This document shows, one piece after another, positions 25,935 through 38,735 of a stretch of 64,000 nt of DNA. Position numbers and translations under genes: made by a program. Positions within the stretch are counted from its first letter, which is position 1. Each line of letters starts with the position of its first letter. The DNA is from Macrostomum lignano (Eukaryota), in contig NIVC01000462.1 of NCBI GenBank assembly GCA_002269645.1, positions 463,516-527,515 of the forward strand. The letters are read 5' to 3'. The notes below the pieces were generated by a model. It worked only from the letters and a program-made list of their open reading frames with translations, did no database searches and was not told the DNA's origin.

Positions 25935-26568
25935 AGTGTCAGTTGCTGGACCAGCCTCCCAGAGTGTCAGTTGCTGGGGCAGCCTCCCAGAGTGTCAGTT
26001 GCTGGGCCAGCCTCCCAGATCCTCAGTTGCTAGGCCAGCCTCCCAGATCCTCAGTTGCTGGGCCAGCCTCCCAGATTCCCAGTTGCTGGGCCAGCCTCTC
26101 AGATCCTCAGTTGTTGGGCCAGCCTCCCAGAGTGTCAGTTGCTGGGCCAGCCTCCCAGTGTCAGTTGCTGGGCCAGCCTCCCAGATTCCCAGTTGCTGGG
26201 CCAGCCTCTCAGATCCTCAGTTGTTGGGCCAGCCTCTCAGATCCTCAGTTGTTGGGCCAGCCTCCCAGAGTGTCAGTTGCTGGGCCAGCCTCCCAGTGTC
26301 AGTTGCTGGGCCAGCCTCCCAGATTCGCAGTTGCTGGGCCAGCCTCCCAGATCCTCAGTTGCTGGGCCAGCTTCCTAGATCCTCAGTTGCTGGGCGAGCT
26401 TCCCAGATCCTCAGTTGCTGGGCCAGCCTCCCAGATCCTCAGTTGCTGGGCCAGCCTCCCAGAGTGTCAGTTGCTGGGCAAGCCTCCCAGATCCTCAGTT
26501 GCTGGGCAAGCCTCCCAGATCCTCAGTTGCTGGGCCAGCCAAGCCTCCCAGATCCTCAGTTGCTGGGC
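25935..26568. repeat. 28-bp minisatellite (CAGTTGCTGGGCCAGCCTCCCAGATCCT)
   Basis: Directly visible just downstream of the UCP4 stop codon. Confidence 0.95.
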
Positions 26569-27374
26569 CGGCAGGCACAATCTTCCCATTCTTCCCATTA
26601 GCTTCTGTAAGTGTTTTTCATTCATTTATGGAATCGAATCGAATCACAAATTTAAATTCTGTTTCTATTAAGTGATTTTTATAACGCAAATTCGTTGCAT
26701 ACTTCAGGTGAGACTTATGATGAGGTTAAAAAAGTATTTATGTGTTTTTCTAAAGAAAGGTACTCACGTATTTTTCTGTCATTTTAACCAGTAGGTTTGA
26801 AATTTTAAAAACAGAATCGCCTTATAGTATTTGTAGCTTAACACAAAAAGTCGCTGAAAGTGTTTCTGGATAGCAGCAGTTTATGGGTCTAGAATCGCAA
26901 GTCACAACCTCATAGACAATTGCCCATCGACCCAGACCCAGGCACTATCCCGTAGTCTCCCTTGTCTGTCTTTCTAGACTTGATTTGCACTTTAGTTTGC
27001 TTTCGTTTTGATTTTGCTCGATATTTCATTCAACCGCATCGCTGCTATTGCCACGAATCGCATTTTATCTATAAAATTACAACTTTGTAAAGTTAAAAAA
27101 CTCAATAACTATGCTTATAGTAGTATTTCTAGTTCACTATTAAACAGAATAAATCTGGTGAAATCAGTGCATGATATCATTGGTTCAATTTCATTAGCAA
27201 CTTCTAACTTAATGACTGATAGACTTACTCGTACTAAAGTACTAGTCAAATCTATGCCACTTTTGAAAGAGAAGCGTTCTTCATTTGATTATTTTAGAAA
27301 GTTGTTATAACGATGGTCGGTCTATGATTTTCTGATAAAAAGAGATATAGATGGATACATCTACGCTCGTGTTG

Positions 27375-27514
27375 ACAGACAGGTAAAGACTGAGACAGAT
27401 AAACAACGACAGACAGGCAGGCCGGCAGACAGACAGACACTAAGACTGACAGGCAGGCAGACACTAAGACAGACAGATGGATAGACAGATAGATAGACAG
27501 ATAGACAGACAGAC

Positions 27515-27545
<31 letters not shown>

Positions 27546-27558
27546 TAGACAGACAGAC

Positions 27559-27597
<39 letters not shown>

Positions 27598-27846
27598 TAG
27601 ACAGACAGACAGACAGATAGACAGACAGACAGACAGACAGACCGACATAGACAGACAGACAGATACATAGAAGGACAGGCAGACAGACAGACAGATAGAC
27701 AGACAGACAGATAGACAGATATACAGACAGACAGAAAGGTAGACAGGTAGATAGACGGACAGACGAATACATAGAAGGACAGGCAGACAGATGGGTAAGG
27801 CAGACAGATACACAGAAGGACAGGCAGACAGACAGAGGTAGGCAGA
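27375..27846. repeat. (GACA/GATA)n compound microsatellite
   Basis: Directly visible. Confidence 0.95.
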
Positions 27847-28022
27847 CAATCAGCAAACCTCGAGTGCGCTTCGAACATCTACAAATGCAAAAGAAAACAT
27901 AATTTTCGAGATGAATATCTTGTGAGTCGGCAGCGCAGCTGGTATATTATAAGCAGTGGAATTTATCGTTGATATTTGTCTGTTGCTTTTTCCGTGTCAA
28001 AAGTCATCGGCTTGCTTTCTCG

Positions 28023-28329
28023 TCACTTCCGTCCGTCATTGTGGCTGCGATGTCGCCCGCGTTTGAACCTGTATTATTAGAGTGCTAAATTGAGTACTTG
28101 TGTTAGGTTAAAGTTCAGCTACAGTCGGGGTTGGCCAGCGGTCTCACCTGGGCCGGCTGATGGTCGATAGCAGGTGGCTCATCTGGCGCAGGTAGCTCTC
28201 TAAAGATTCGACATCGTTGAAAACTTTGGGTCTGGCCAGCAGGCGAAGGTCGCTTCCATGGCTGTTGACAACCAGGTGGGACCCAACGAGCATCATGAGC
28301 AGAATTAGTGTATGCCTGATGCTGGGCAT
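28023..28329 (-). CDS. npf: Neuropeptide Y/F (NPF) precursor, 2 exons, 75 aa
   Basis: Exons 28329-28148 and 28068-28023, with a 79-nt GT-AG intron splitting the last Arg codon of RPRF, the conserved NPY/NPF intron position. A hydrophobic signal peptide (MPSIRHTLILLMMLVGSHLVVNSHG) precedes SDLRLLARPKVFNDVESLESYLRQMSHLLSTISRPRF, which has Tyr at position 17 from the C-terminus. This is followed by KRGRHRSHNDGRK*. Confidence 0.85.
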
Positions 28330-28824
28330 TCCTTTGCGAGTTGAAATTATTCGTGAGAAGTTCTTCCAGATCCCAGCGCTCTGTTCAATAGCCACTACTT
28401 TCTGGAGAGAGTTGCATTTATAATGTCGGAGCTAAAATTTTATGACGCCTCAAATTGAATGAGTCGGGTCGCAGCAGTTCCAGACTGGACCATGATTGAA
28501 ACAGTCACTAACAGCTGGATTTGGCAGCTCTGTTGGATGAGCGATTGCTCCGTTGTCTGGACGATTCGCTCAGAACTGCTGCAGACGTGCTGTTGAAGAC
28601 AGACACAGATACTACTGGGTTTAGAAGGTATCGCCTCTTCAGCTCAATCAGGCACGCGGCACTGCACTCGAAAGTGCTGGCTTGTGGTTTTTTATTTGCT
28701 AGTCTTGATTTTCTTAGCTGTCCCGCGCAAAAGGATTGATGCACTGATTACCATTGTTTGCGAAGCTAAGTTAGTTGAAGCTTCTCTTGTAAATATGAAA
28801 GTTATGGCTCTCAAAAGCATTAAC

Positions 28825-29468
28825 TTCTGATGTTGGTTCAAACCTTCTGACGTTGGTTCCCACCTTCTGATATTGGTTCCAACCTGATGTTCTGATGTTG
28901 GTTCCAACCTTCTGATGTTGGTTCCAACCTTCTGATGTTGGTTCCAACCTTCTGATGTTGGTTCCAACCTTCTGATGTTGGTTCCAACCTTCTGATGTTG
29001 GTTCCAACCTTCTGATGTTGGTTCCAACCTTCCGATGTTGGTTCCAACCTTCCGATGTTGGTTCCAACCTTCTGATGTTGGTTCCAACCTTCTGATGTTG
29101 GTTCCAACCTTCTGATGTTGGTTCCAACCTTCTGATGTTGGTTCCAACCTTCTGATGTTGGTTCCAACCTTCTGATGTTGGTTCCAACCTTCTTCTGATG
29201 TTGGTTCCCACCTACTGATGTTGGTCTCAACCTTTTAATGTTGGTTCCAACCTTCTGATGTTGGTTCAAACCTTCTGATGTTGGTTCCAACCTTCTGATG
29301 TTGGTTCCAACCTTCTTATGTTGGTTTAAACCTTTTGATGTTGGTTCCAAACTTCTGATGTTGGTTCCAACCTTCTGTTATTGGTTCCAGCCTTCTGATG
29401 TTGGTTCCAACCTTCTGATGTTGGTTCCAACCTTCTGATGTTGGTTTAAACCTTCTGATGTTGGTTCT
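28825..29468. repeat. 20-bp minisatellite (TTCTGATGTTGGTTCCAACC)
   Basis: Directly visible. Confidence 0.95.
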
Positions 29469-29591
29469 AAGGTAAGGCAAGGCGTGAAAATCAAATAACT
29501 AAAACCATTTTAAAATCTATTTATTAAGCGCAAGGCAACCAAATAAACTGAAACTGAAATTATTGAAAAGAAAGTATTTACAGATTTGAGT

Positions 29592-32357
29592 TCAACGGCG
29601 CAGCTCTTGGCAGAAGTACTCCATGTAGACGCTTGCTGTGCTCGGGTACTCATCAGTGACATCGTCCAGGCTGGTCCCGTCGTCACTTGTAGCGAATCTG
29701 TCATACTCGGCGATGTTCCGTCGCATTCGCTCCACCACTTCGTCCGGTATGATCATGCCGAAGCTCTCCTTGGACAGCTTCGCTAGTCGACACTTGTCGA
29801 GAGCTCGGCAAGTCGCAGCTCGGTTCTCGCTGAGGACCAGGGCTCGCTCGCCGAAGAATTGGCCTCGACCGATGCGCTTCACCTGCCGATTGCCGATGAG
29901 CGCCTCAACTTCGCCTGTCATCACGAAGAACATGGCGTCTCCCGGTTCGCCCTGACGGCAGAGCACTTCGCCAGCCTCTGTGTTGACAATCTCGATGCTG
30001 TCAATTAGCCGATTGACCAGGCTGGGACTGAGATGGCTGCAGAACAGTGGAATCGATTTGATCATCTGCTCGAATCGTTCGGCGTTGAATATGGCGCGTC
30101 GCTGCTTGAGCCAGGCGTAGCGAAGCGCGTTCAGCACCCATAATGCGCCGTCGGTGAGGGCTGTGACGGTGGCCGCTCTGGGTCGCTGGTTGATCAGGGA
30201 GAGCTCACCTATATAGTCAAATTGTTGTTTGGCTTAGTTTGACATACATGTAACTGCATGCAACTGTACAAAAAGTACCATTACAATGATTCATGCAAGA
30301 TGACAATCTATATGTAATCATAGCATTGAGCAAGATGACATTCTATGTAATCATAGCATTGAGCAAGATGACATTCTATGTAATCATAGCATTGAGCAAG
30401 ATGACAATCTATATGTAATCATAGCATTGAGCAAGATGACAATCTATATGTAATCATCGAATTTACCAAGATGACAAACTATGTTATCATAGAATTGAGC
30501 AAGATGACTATCCATGTTATGATCAAATCGAGCTCATGACGACAATCTTATGTGCGCTTCAAATCGCGGATGATGGCAGCCTGCAGTGCTTTTATGCTCA
30601 CCAAAGTATCCCTCATTCTCGTACTCTCGCAGAATCTGCTCAGGATTTTCCGATTCGTCGATTGAAAATTTCGACACCGTTTGGCAACGGAATCGGCCTT
30701 GCTTAACAACGTAGAAGGCGTCGCCCACGTCGCCGCAGTGTATGATGACCTCGCCGCTGCGCACCGGCTTGTTGTACATGTACTCGACTACCTTCTGGAG
30801 TTTTTTTGTTGGAGAGCGGTACTACGCTAAATTAGGACGCTGTTACATCATATCAGCTAGTCATAGCCGCATAAGAGTAGTTTGTATGGCCTCTGCACGT
30901 GTTATACGAGTTATATTGAGGTGTAGTTTAGGCGAAATTTAAGTCGCCTTAAACTTCTTGTACTTAAGCCAGTGAAGGTGTACTAAATGCATCAATTTTT
31001 CGACCCCAAGCCTTAGGACCCCTCATTACCATCTTGCACTTCTTGGTTTTTATGAATACTTATGACTTATAAATATGTAAATTTCATAAACATATAAGAA
31101 TAAGTTTTTATATAGCAAACAAGGCTAAAGTTCAAACCCAAGAGCCTTCTTGAACTGGCTGTAAAATTATTTAAATTTTGAGATTTTTCCGAAACTTTCG
31201 TCAAACACTCAGACCTTCAGTGGTGATAAGACCTCAATTTGTTAATCCCCTATGCTGTCATGCTGTCAATGAGAATTCAAAACAAATAGTTTCCAATATA
31301 AATAATGAGTAATGATAATAATAATAACTGATTACACCCGCCCCAGTTGGGCCAAATGTGCAACTGACATAGCTCAGCCGCAGCTATTGCGCGGCGCATC
31401 TGAAGGCTGCTGAAGGTTTCTGAAGGTTTAGTCGAAGGACTTCGGGGGGGGGGGTCGCCACACACACCCTGAATTACCCCAGCTAATGCTGGCACTCATT
31501 TTACAGCTGGGTGAACTGAAGCAGTGCAGAATTAAGTGCCTTGCTCAAGGACAGAAATTGTTACAGTGGGATCGGGAAACGAACCCCCGGCCATCAAGTC
31601 GTGTGTCCGATGCTCTAACCACTAGGCTACAACCTAATTTCAAATTTCAAGGCAATCTATACTTCATTAATTAATCTACTACCTAATCTTAGCTAAGTCA
31701 CCAAACCTGTATTCAAGTTTAGGCAAATATATAATCCATCGTCTTGAATAATCGCCCTACCTAAAAGTCCTCATTTCACATGCCCCGGTGTTTGGCTTTA
31801 GCTTGTAAGCTACACATAGACTCAGAGTTGGGTTGAAGCTACAAAAAATAAAGCTTAAATTTGAAATCTACGCCATCAACAATCACCTTATAAAGACGAA
31901 ATTATGATGCTATCAAAACTGCAACTATTTCATCCCTCTAACTGGTTTAAGAAGGCCCCGAGAGCTCACTTACGAGCAATTCGTCATCGTCGTATCCATC
32001 AAACAGCGCCACTCCGCGGATTTCACCCAAAAGCTTCTCAATCTCTTCAGCACTTTTGCTCGTGTCCTGGCCTACGTCAGCAAAGTCTTTCTCCTGCAAA
32101 TCGTCCACATCGAATGCCGAAAACATGATGCTCTCATTCTTCGGTTTGAGATTGAAGGATTCCTCAGTGGCCGGCGGCGGCAGGAACGAGTCGTCCTGCT
32201 CGGAGTCCACAACAAACTGCGTCTGGTGCATCTCCAGCGGAGGCTTGGCAACCGCCTCGGTGCTGTGGTGGCTGATCAGCTGACGCGCGCCACGGTCTGG
32301 AAGAGCTCTGTCATTGCGTCGGTTCGCAGCCGGCCTCCTCTGACCCTGCTTTGACAT
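29592..32357 (-). CDS. cAMP-dependent protein kinase regulatory subunit-like protein (tandem cyclic-nucleotide-binding domains), 3 exons, 397 aa
   Basis: Exons 32357-31974, 30794-30602 and 30208-29592, GT-AG with consistent phases. CNB-A: VIIHCGDVGDAFYVVKQG...GYFGELSLINQRPRAATV. CNB-B: LCRQGEPGDAMFFVMTGEV...FFGERALVLSENRAATC. An additional upstream exon cannot be excluded. Confidence 0.85.
30296..30510. repeat. 33-35-bp tandem repeat in intron 2 of the PKA-R-like gene
   Basis: CAAGATGACAATCTATATGTAATCATAGCATTGAG units are visible. Confidence 0.85.
31305..31633 (-). mobile_element. tRNA-derived SINE with a CORE-like central domain
   Basis: The minus strand shows an A-box-like GTAGCCTAGTGG and a B-box-like GGTTCGTTTCCC. 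These are followed by GTCCTTGAGCAAGGCACTT...CTTCAGTTCACCCAGCTGTAAAATG, which resembles the MIR CORE, and an (ATT)n tail. Homologous to the copies at 38423, 57297 and 63622. Confidence 0.75.
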
Positions 32358-33143
32358 GGCCGCGCAGTGCTTGAGAGAGAGAGAGAAAAAGTACTTTTTA
32401 ATCCAATTCTTGTGCAGCAGGTATTTATTCGTTAAATATGTTATTATTGATTAAAAAGTGTCGCTTTTATAAAGTGTATCGAAATAATAGTGCTGCATTT
32501 AAGCTCGTCTATGGTAAAGAGTCCCGACTGCAGCAGCTGCAACAACCCGGCGCTTGCTTACGAAACGCTATTAACTCGTGGTTCAACAAATTCTTCGAAA
32601 GAAAAAATCTGTATCGACAACAAAGTGAGACATTGGGAAGAGACAGAGAGATATGTTGAGGAAGAAAACGGGGATAGGTCATTGTGCAAGCAGTTTTAGA
32701 GGCGAACGAAACTATTTCATGGTTAACAGTAGGGACAGCGATATTAACCTCCCATTTAGGAGACGCCAAAAGAAAAAATACTTTTTTTAAAAGTTCACTA
32801 AATGTAAAACCTGATTTAAGTCACTTTTTGGGTTGTTAATACTGAGATGCTACTCATAAAAATCTTTTTTGAGCCATGGCATCTCAGCAACTCCTCCTTG
32901 AGCCATGATATCTCAGAAACTCCTCCTTGACCATGACATCTCAGCAACTCCTCCTTGAGCTAGGACACTCAACACAGGTGTCAGTCGACAAAAATATTAA
33001 TTATATAAACAATGTCTACATGCAAGCAAGCGCCTCTGAGAATAGATGTTTTCGTGGTAATTTATAACACTTGTATTCGGTCGCATTTTTTAATTTTTGT
33101 TCTATATTAAATATTTGCCTTTTTACTTCGCATCTTTTTGTCG

Positions 33144-33281
33144 TCTTGCTACGCCCCTTGGTGCTGGCGCCCCTTGGTGCTGGCGCCCCTTGGTGCTGGC
33201 GCCCCTTGGTGCTGGCGCCCTTGGTGCTGGCGCCCCTTGGTGCTGGCGCCCCTTGGTGCTGGCGCCCCTTGGTGCTGGCGT
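33144..33281. repeat. 16-bp minisatellite (GGTGCTGGCGCCCCTT)
   Basis: Directly visible. Confidence 0.9.
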
Positions 33282-33712
33282 CCTTTCTGTAAAAAAGTAA
33301 CAAGATTCTCAAATCCAGGACAACACATCAACTGAAAGTCTACTCATTAAAGTAGCTGAGAATTGGTTGCAGAGCGAGACGCAAGACTTGGACGAGAAGA
33401 AATATGCATCATGAAATTTTTAAACCGTCCCAGCCATTGTATTTCCCAATCAATAGACGGGCATAGAATTCTAGAAGGACTGACAGAAATGCAGCGGCGC
33501 TCAACGCAGACAAGGTTTACCCAGAGATAGAACTTGGAGGAAATAACTCTTCCCATTTTCACTGTAAACTTAATCTCACCTTGAAGCTAAACACAATCTC
33601 CTTATTTGAGTAGAACTCACTGGTTTTTAAGCAGTTAGCCTATGACTTATGAGCTAGCCTTGAATTTTGAGCACTTCAGACTATGGTTCAAGGTCTCCTT
33701 GGTACAGGTGTT

Positions 33713-33719
33713 TATAAAA
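33713..33719 (+). promoter_or_regulatory. Candidate TATA box of W1
   Basis: TATAAAA about 55 nt upstream of the W1 ATG. W2 and W5 have comparable boxes. Confidence 0.5.
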
Positions 33720-33771
33720 TTCAAATGCAGAAGAGACGGGAGAGTCGCTCCTATCTGCACAGCTTGGCAAC

Positions 33772-34492
33772 ATGCAGCGTCAAATGCTCGCTCTCATCAC
33801 CTGTGCGATTCTGTGCGCCTTTCTACACTCTGTAGCTAGTAGAGCGGTCGAGTTTGCGTACCTGGGTTGCTTTGTTGATGGCTCGCCTAGAGATTTAAAC
33901 GGCCTCTATGGAGTCAGCAGAATTGGGCCGTTTGGCGTTGGCAGCTCGACCGCCTCAAACAGCACCGCCATGTCGCGTGAGTACTGCGCCGATGTCTGCT
34001 CGCTCGGCGGATTCGCGTACTTTGGCGTCCAGGCCGGTGTGCAGTGCTTCTGCGGCAACTCCTACGGATCCCACGGAGCCGTTGCTGAAAGCAACTGCGG
34101 ATCCACCTGCTCAGGAAATGCGGCTCAGAAATGTGGAGGATCGTGGCGCAATTCTGTGTTCGCTCTGACTTACCTCAGTAAGTAAACTGCGATTGAAACG
34201 GTAAATGGAACTTCGCTGCTAAAATAAAAAACCACTGCCAATCAAACCGCCTATTTCAGACAATTTTTTTCTTGAAGAAGTGACAACTTCTCTGACTGTT
34301 GTATCGAATGGACTGACATCCTGGAGCAGCGCCGCCCGAACCGATATTGAGTGCATGAGCTTCTGCCTGTCCAACAGCCTGTGCCAGGCCGTGATCTTCT
34401 CTAAGCAGCAGCGCCTGTGCCACCTGCTGAGGTTCGCCTACCCGCCATCGAGTCTGAGCAGCATCGATGGAGACTTCTTCGTGCGCGGCTGA
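33772..34492 (+). CDS. W1: secreted WSC-domain + PAN/Apple-like protein, 2 exons, 212 aa
   Basis: Exons 33772-34177 and 34260-34492 (phase-1 intron). Signal peptide, then WSC motifs YLGCFVD..RDL, C...C...GF.YFGVQAGVQCFCGN and C...C.GN....CGG..RNSVF. The C-terminal module is ECMSFC....CQAVIFS....CHLL. Confidence 0.88.
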
Positions 34493-36583
34493 GCCGAATT
34501 CAACATCAACAAGCTAAGCTGACGATTACTACCGGTTGACGGAAGCAACTTGGAGCAACTTGGTCAAGCAATCAAATACAATAGCCTTGGAAAGCAAAAT
34601 GCTTTATTTTTAAACTTGACAATCTGTACCCCCGACTGGAAAACCAGACTATTACAAACAATAATAAAGAATCTCTTTTAAAAGTTTTTTCACAATTTTA
34701 ACCGTTGATTACTCAGCTAGACCGGCCGAAAAATTTCTATTCCACTCTTTTCTATCGATTCGATGAGAAATCATCTTAGCTATTTTTAGGCCACGTTTCT
34801 TCAACAATCAGTAAAACAAAGTCTTAACCGTGGAGTAATTTTTCTTTTTTCATTTTTTACCTCTAAAAGGATATTTTATTAAGATTTTAAGATTATAATT
34901 AGACGAAATACTATTAAAAGTGATAGAATGATCCTTTTCTTGTTTAACCTCTCTAGAAGATGCTTTATTAACTTTTCAAGTTAATAATTAAAACAAAGGC
35001 TTAACCGTATGATAAATTTACTTGTTCGTTTTAAACCTCTAAAAAGATACTTTTTTTCTTTTTAGTGAATAATTAAGACAAATGCATAGCGGTAATATTT
35101 ACTGTTTCTTCTTCATTTTTAACCTCTTAAATGATATTTTATTTGCTTTCAATCGAAAATCTTTAGATATATACTTGTTCCTTCTTAGTTTTTAATTTCT
35201 TACGATGCTTTATTTTTAAAGAGAAAAGTTAAAACAAATATTTAATACTTACGAGCTACAAATACAGCTACGTTACTTTGCATATTTAACCTCGAAAAAG
35301 ATACTTTATTTGCTTCCAAGTGAACAATTACCTGGTAAAACAAATGCTGAACCGTGATATTTACTCTGCTCTCTCTCTTCACTTTTAATCTCTAAAAATA
35401 TGTCTTATTAACATTCAATCCAGTTTTATTTACCCTCAATTAAAACAAAAAACTAACTGTCGGATATCTCCCATCCATTTTATTTCAAAACCATAATTTA
35501 TAAGATATTTTCGTTTTATTACTTTTACTATTTGGTGAAATTACCCCAGCTAATGCCTAGATGAAGAACTGATCGTCTGATGGTGTCCATGTATATTCAT
35601 TCATTGTTGAAAAAAAACATCTCAGTACCAGTGCTAAATCAGAACTGTTCGAACTTCGGTCGTAAGTCAACAGCAGGGCAACCACGAGTAACTTGCATTT
35701 TTGTCAAACTTCAATAATCAACTTGAATGCTGACGGTTTTCCTGCTTAAAGCTGCATCTGCATGCGTGCAAGAAATGCTTGCTTTTAGATGTTGGAGACT
35801 TGCTTCTATTGTTTCAGAGAATCCTCAGCTCTTCATCCACCTTCTGCCTTTTTCATTACTGTAAATTCACAACTGCCTCTCTTCCTGACTTCTGAATTCC
35901 CTGCTGCCTTAATTGTTCCGGATTTTACCCTCCAGTCCTTTTAAGCGATGGCTGCATACAAAATTGCTTTCGCAAGCAAGCTGCTAAAAAACACCCACGC
36001 TTTTTCTATTGTGGCTTCTCTTTTGCTACATTTTTTTGCAGGCAACGGAAAAGTACACGCGCACGGGACACCTCTTAACGCGGCTGGTTTCTGAAATTCT
36101 GACTGTCAGCAACACTGGCCTGCTGCATCATAAATTTCCCAGCTTGTATAGTTTTTCAATTTACGCGCAACCACAAAGATAGGGGAGTTCGGCGAGTCCA
36201 AAACCCATGTTGGAGCACTCAAAACGGTTGCTTTTTTATTAGCCAATGTTTGGCTATAGTATATAGTATATGTATATAGTATACAATGTATATAGTATAG
36301 TCTTGACTGCATTCGATTGTTGTGGATGGAAATCCTGAATGGATCTTTTCTATTTCTTAAGCTCCTGTCTCAAAAGGCATTCGATTCTGCCAAGTTGCTT
36401 TGATCCGGGCAGAGAGGTTTATCGCTCGATGCAAGACAGCATTCATGAGAATTCATGGGAATTTCTCTGGGGTAAAATGACTTCAACCGAAACGGCTGAG
36501 CAGATCTCTGAGTGACGGGTTTTTTCTCGTCAAAGACAGCCTCTAGAGTAGTTTGAGCTTTTCTTGAGGAAAATTTCAGTGCA

Positions 36584-36885
36584 ATGGGAGCTCAACAATG
36601 GACTGCCCGTGAAGGTGATAGTGAATCAACTGCTGCTGCTGCTGGTGCTATTTTTATTGATGTTGAGGAACTTGAGGACGAGGGCAATGAAGCTCAAGTT
36701 CAAGTTGTCAATCAACAACAGCAAGTGCAAGGGCAACGTCTGCATCCTTGGCCACACTTGGAATCATATTTCAAACTAAAATTTTTCGAGTCAGGGGTCA
36801 ATGCAATCTTTATCTGCCAACTCTGTCAACCGCTAGAGCAATGCATTAAAGCACATCTCTCAAGTCTACAAGTCTACAAATACAT
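36584..36885 (+). mobile_element. Tol2-like hAT transposase N-terminal (BED-type finger) fragment
   Basis: HPWPHLESYFKL...FICQLCQPL resembles recalled Tol2 transposase HPWPYLREFFSL...MKCVLCLPL. The frame runs directly into a microsatellite. Confidence 0.65.
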
Positions 36886-36887
36886 AA

Positions 36888-37470
<583 letters not shown>

Positions 37471-37811
37471 TCATTCATAGTAGAGCTGCTACTGTGTGAG
37501 TGGTCTTTTTTAAAAGTTTATCTATCTGTCTGTTTCTTTGAAGTAAAGCTCTCTACTTACATGCTACTGTAAGTAGAATACTGTCATATATATGTCGCTA
37601 AATACACAGGATAACTTTTCTAGTAATTTTAAATATGAGCAAGACAAAATCTTGTGAGAACGAATAATTTTGGCAATTTTAGTTGAACTGTGGTGGCTTG
37701 CGTGAGTCTTCGTACATAACTAAGCTATATACTTAGTCGCAAAACATTTTTTAAAAATAATAGGCTAATTTTTGCAGTACAATACTCGTATTAGATCAAA
37801 CAGTTCTGTTA

Positions 37812-37883
<72 letters not shown>

Positions 37884-38422
37884 GTACCCAGAGAGCAAAA
37901 CTTCGGGGAAAAATGGCAGCTGAAGACTCGCGTTGTCATCCTTAGTTTTCGCAGCTCAAGTGAACTCAAAAATAAACCCAACTTTTTATGCTGGAAATGA
38001 CAAATATGAGACTCCGGGAGGAACTACCAAGCTCAGAACTTGGCTTGGTTAAGAAAATTTTACCTGAAACTAAGATTGAGTCTTTCAGATTCAGATACAC
38101 CAGGAGACGAACCAACCCAGTGACAAACTTACACTTCCACAGTATCTTATTGAATGCTTTCACTTATTCTGATTTCCACAAGTGGAGTCACTTTTTTGAG
38201 GGCTGAACCTGTAAATCGTACTAATTGCACTGGAGGCCTTGTGCAGGTTTCCGGACTTCAATACATTCTTCTCTCCAAGATTTTACCTTGATAAACTTGC
38301 AAATCAGAAAGTGAAACAAAAGAGACAAACATCTAGTAAACTTTTGACGATACTGTGAGTGTATTGTCCTTGTCTAGTATACGAGTACTTTGGTAGTCCT
38401 TGGTCAGCTCTTGACTTCGCTT

Positions 38423-38735
38423 GCGTGTTGTAGCCTAGTGGTCAGAGCGTCGGACTCAACGACTAAAAGGTCGGGGGTTCGATTCTCCACCCATTCAGAA
38501 CATTTGTGTCCTTGAGCAAGACACTTGACTCTGCATTGCTTCAGTTCACCCAGCTGTAAAATGGGTGCCAGCATTAGCTGGGGTAATTGAGGGTGTGTGT
38601 GGTGACCTCCAGTCCTTGGACTGAACAGCCGTACGCAGCCTTCAGATGCGCCGTGCAATAGCTGCGGCTGAGCTGTCGTTTGTTCATCTGCTCATTAGGG
38701 CTGGTGTAATCAATTATTACTATTATTGCTAAACG
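38423..38735 (+). mobile_element. tRNA-derived CORE-like SINE
   Basis: GTAGCCTAGTGGTCAGAGCG A-box, GGTTCGATTCTCC B-box, CORE-like block and ATT-rich tail. Confidence 0.75.

Noticed and set aside
28508-28744. Short ORFs between NPF and the 20-bp repeat
   Set aside because: No recognisable motif, and no in-frame splice link to the PKA-R-like gene was found.
35540-36000. Possible hAT TTF-type zinc-finger remnant on the minus strand
   Set aside because: Only a vague F...SYSWL pattern with many stops; too weak to call.
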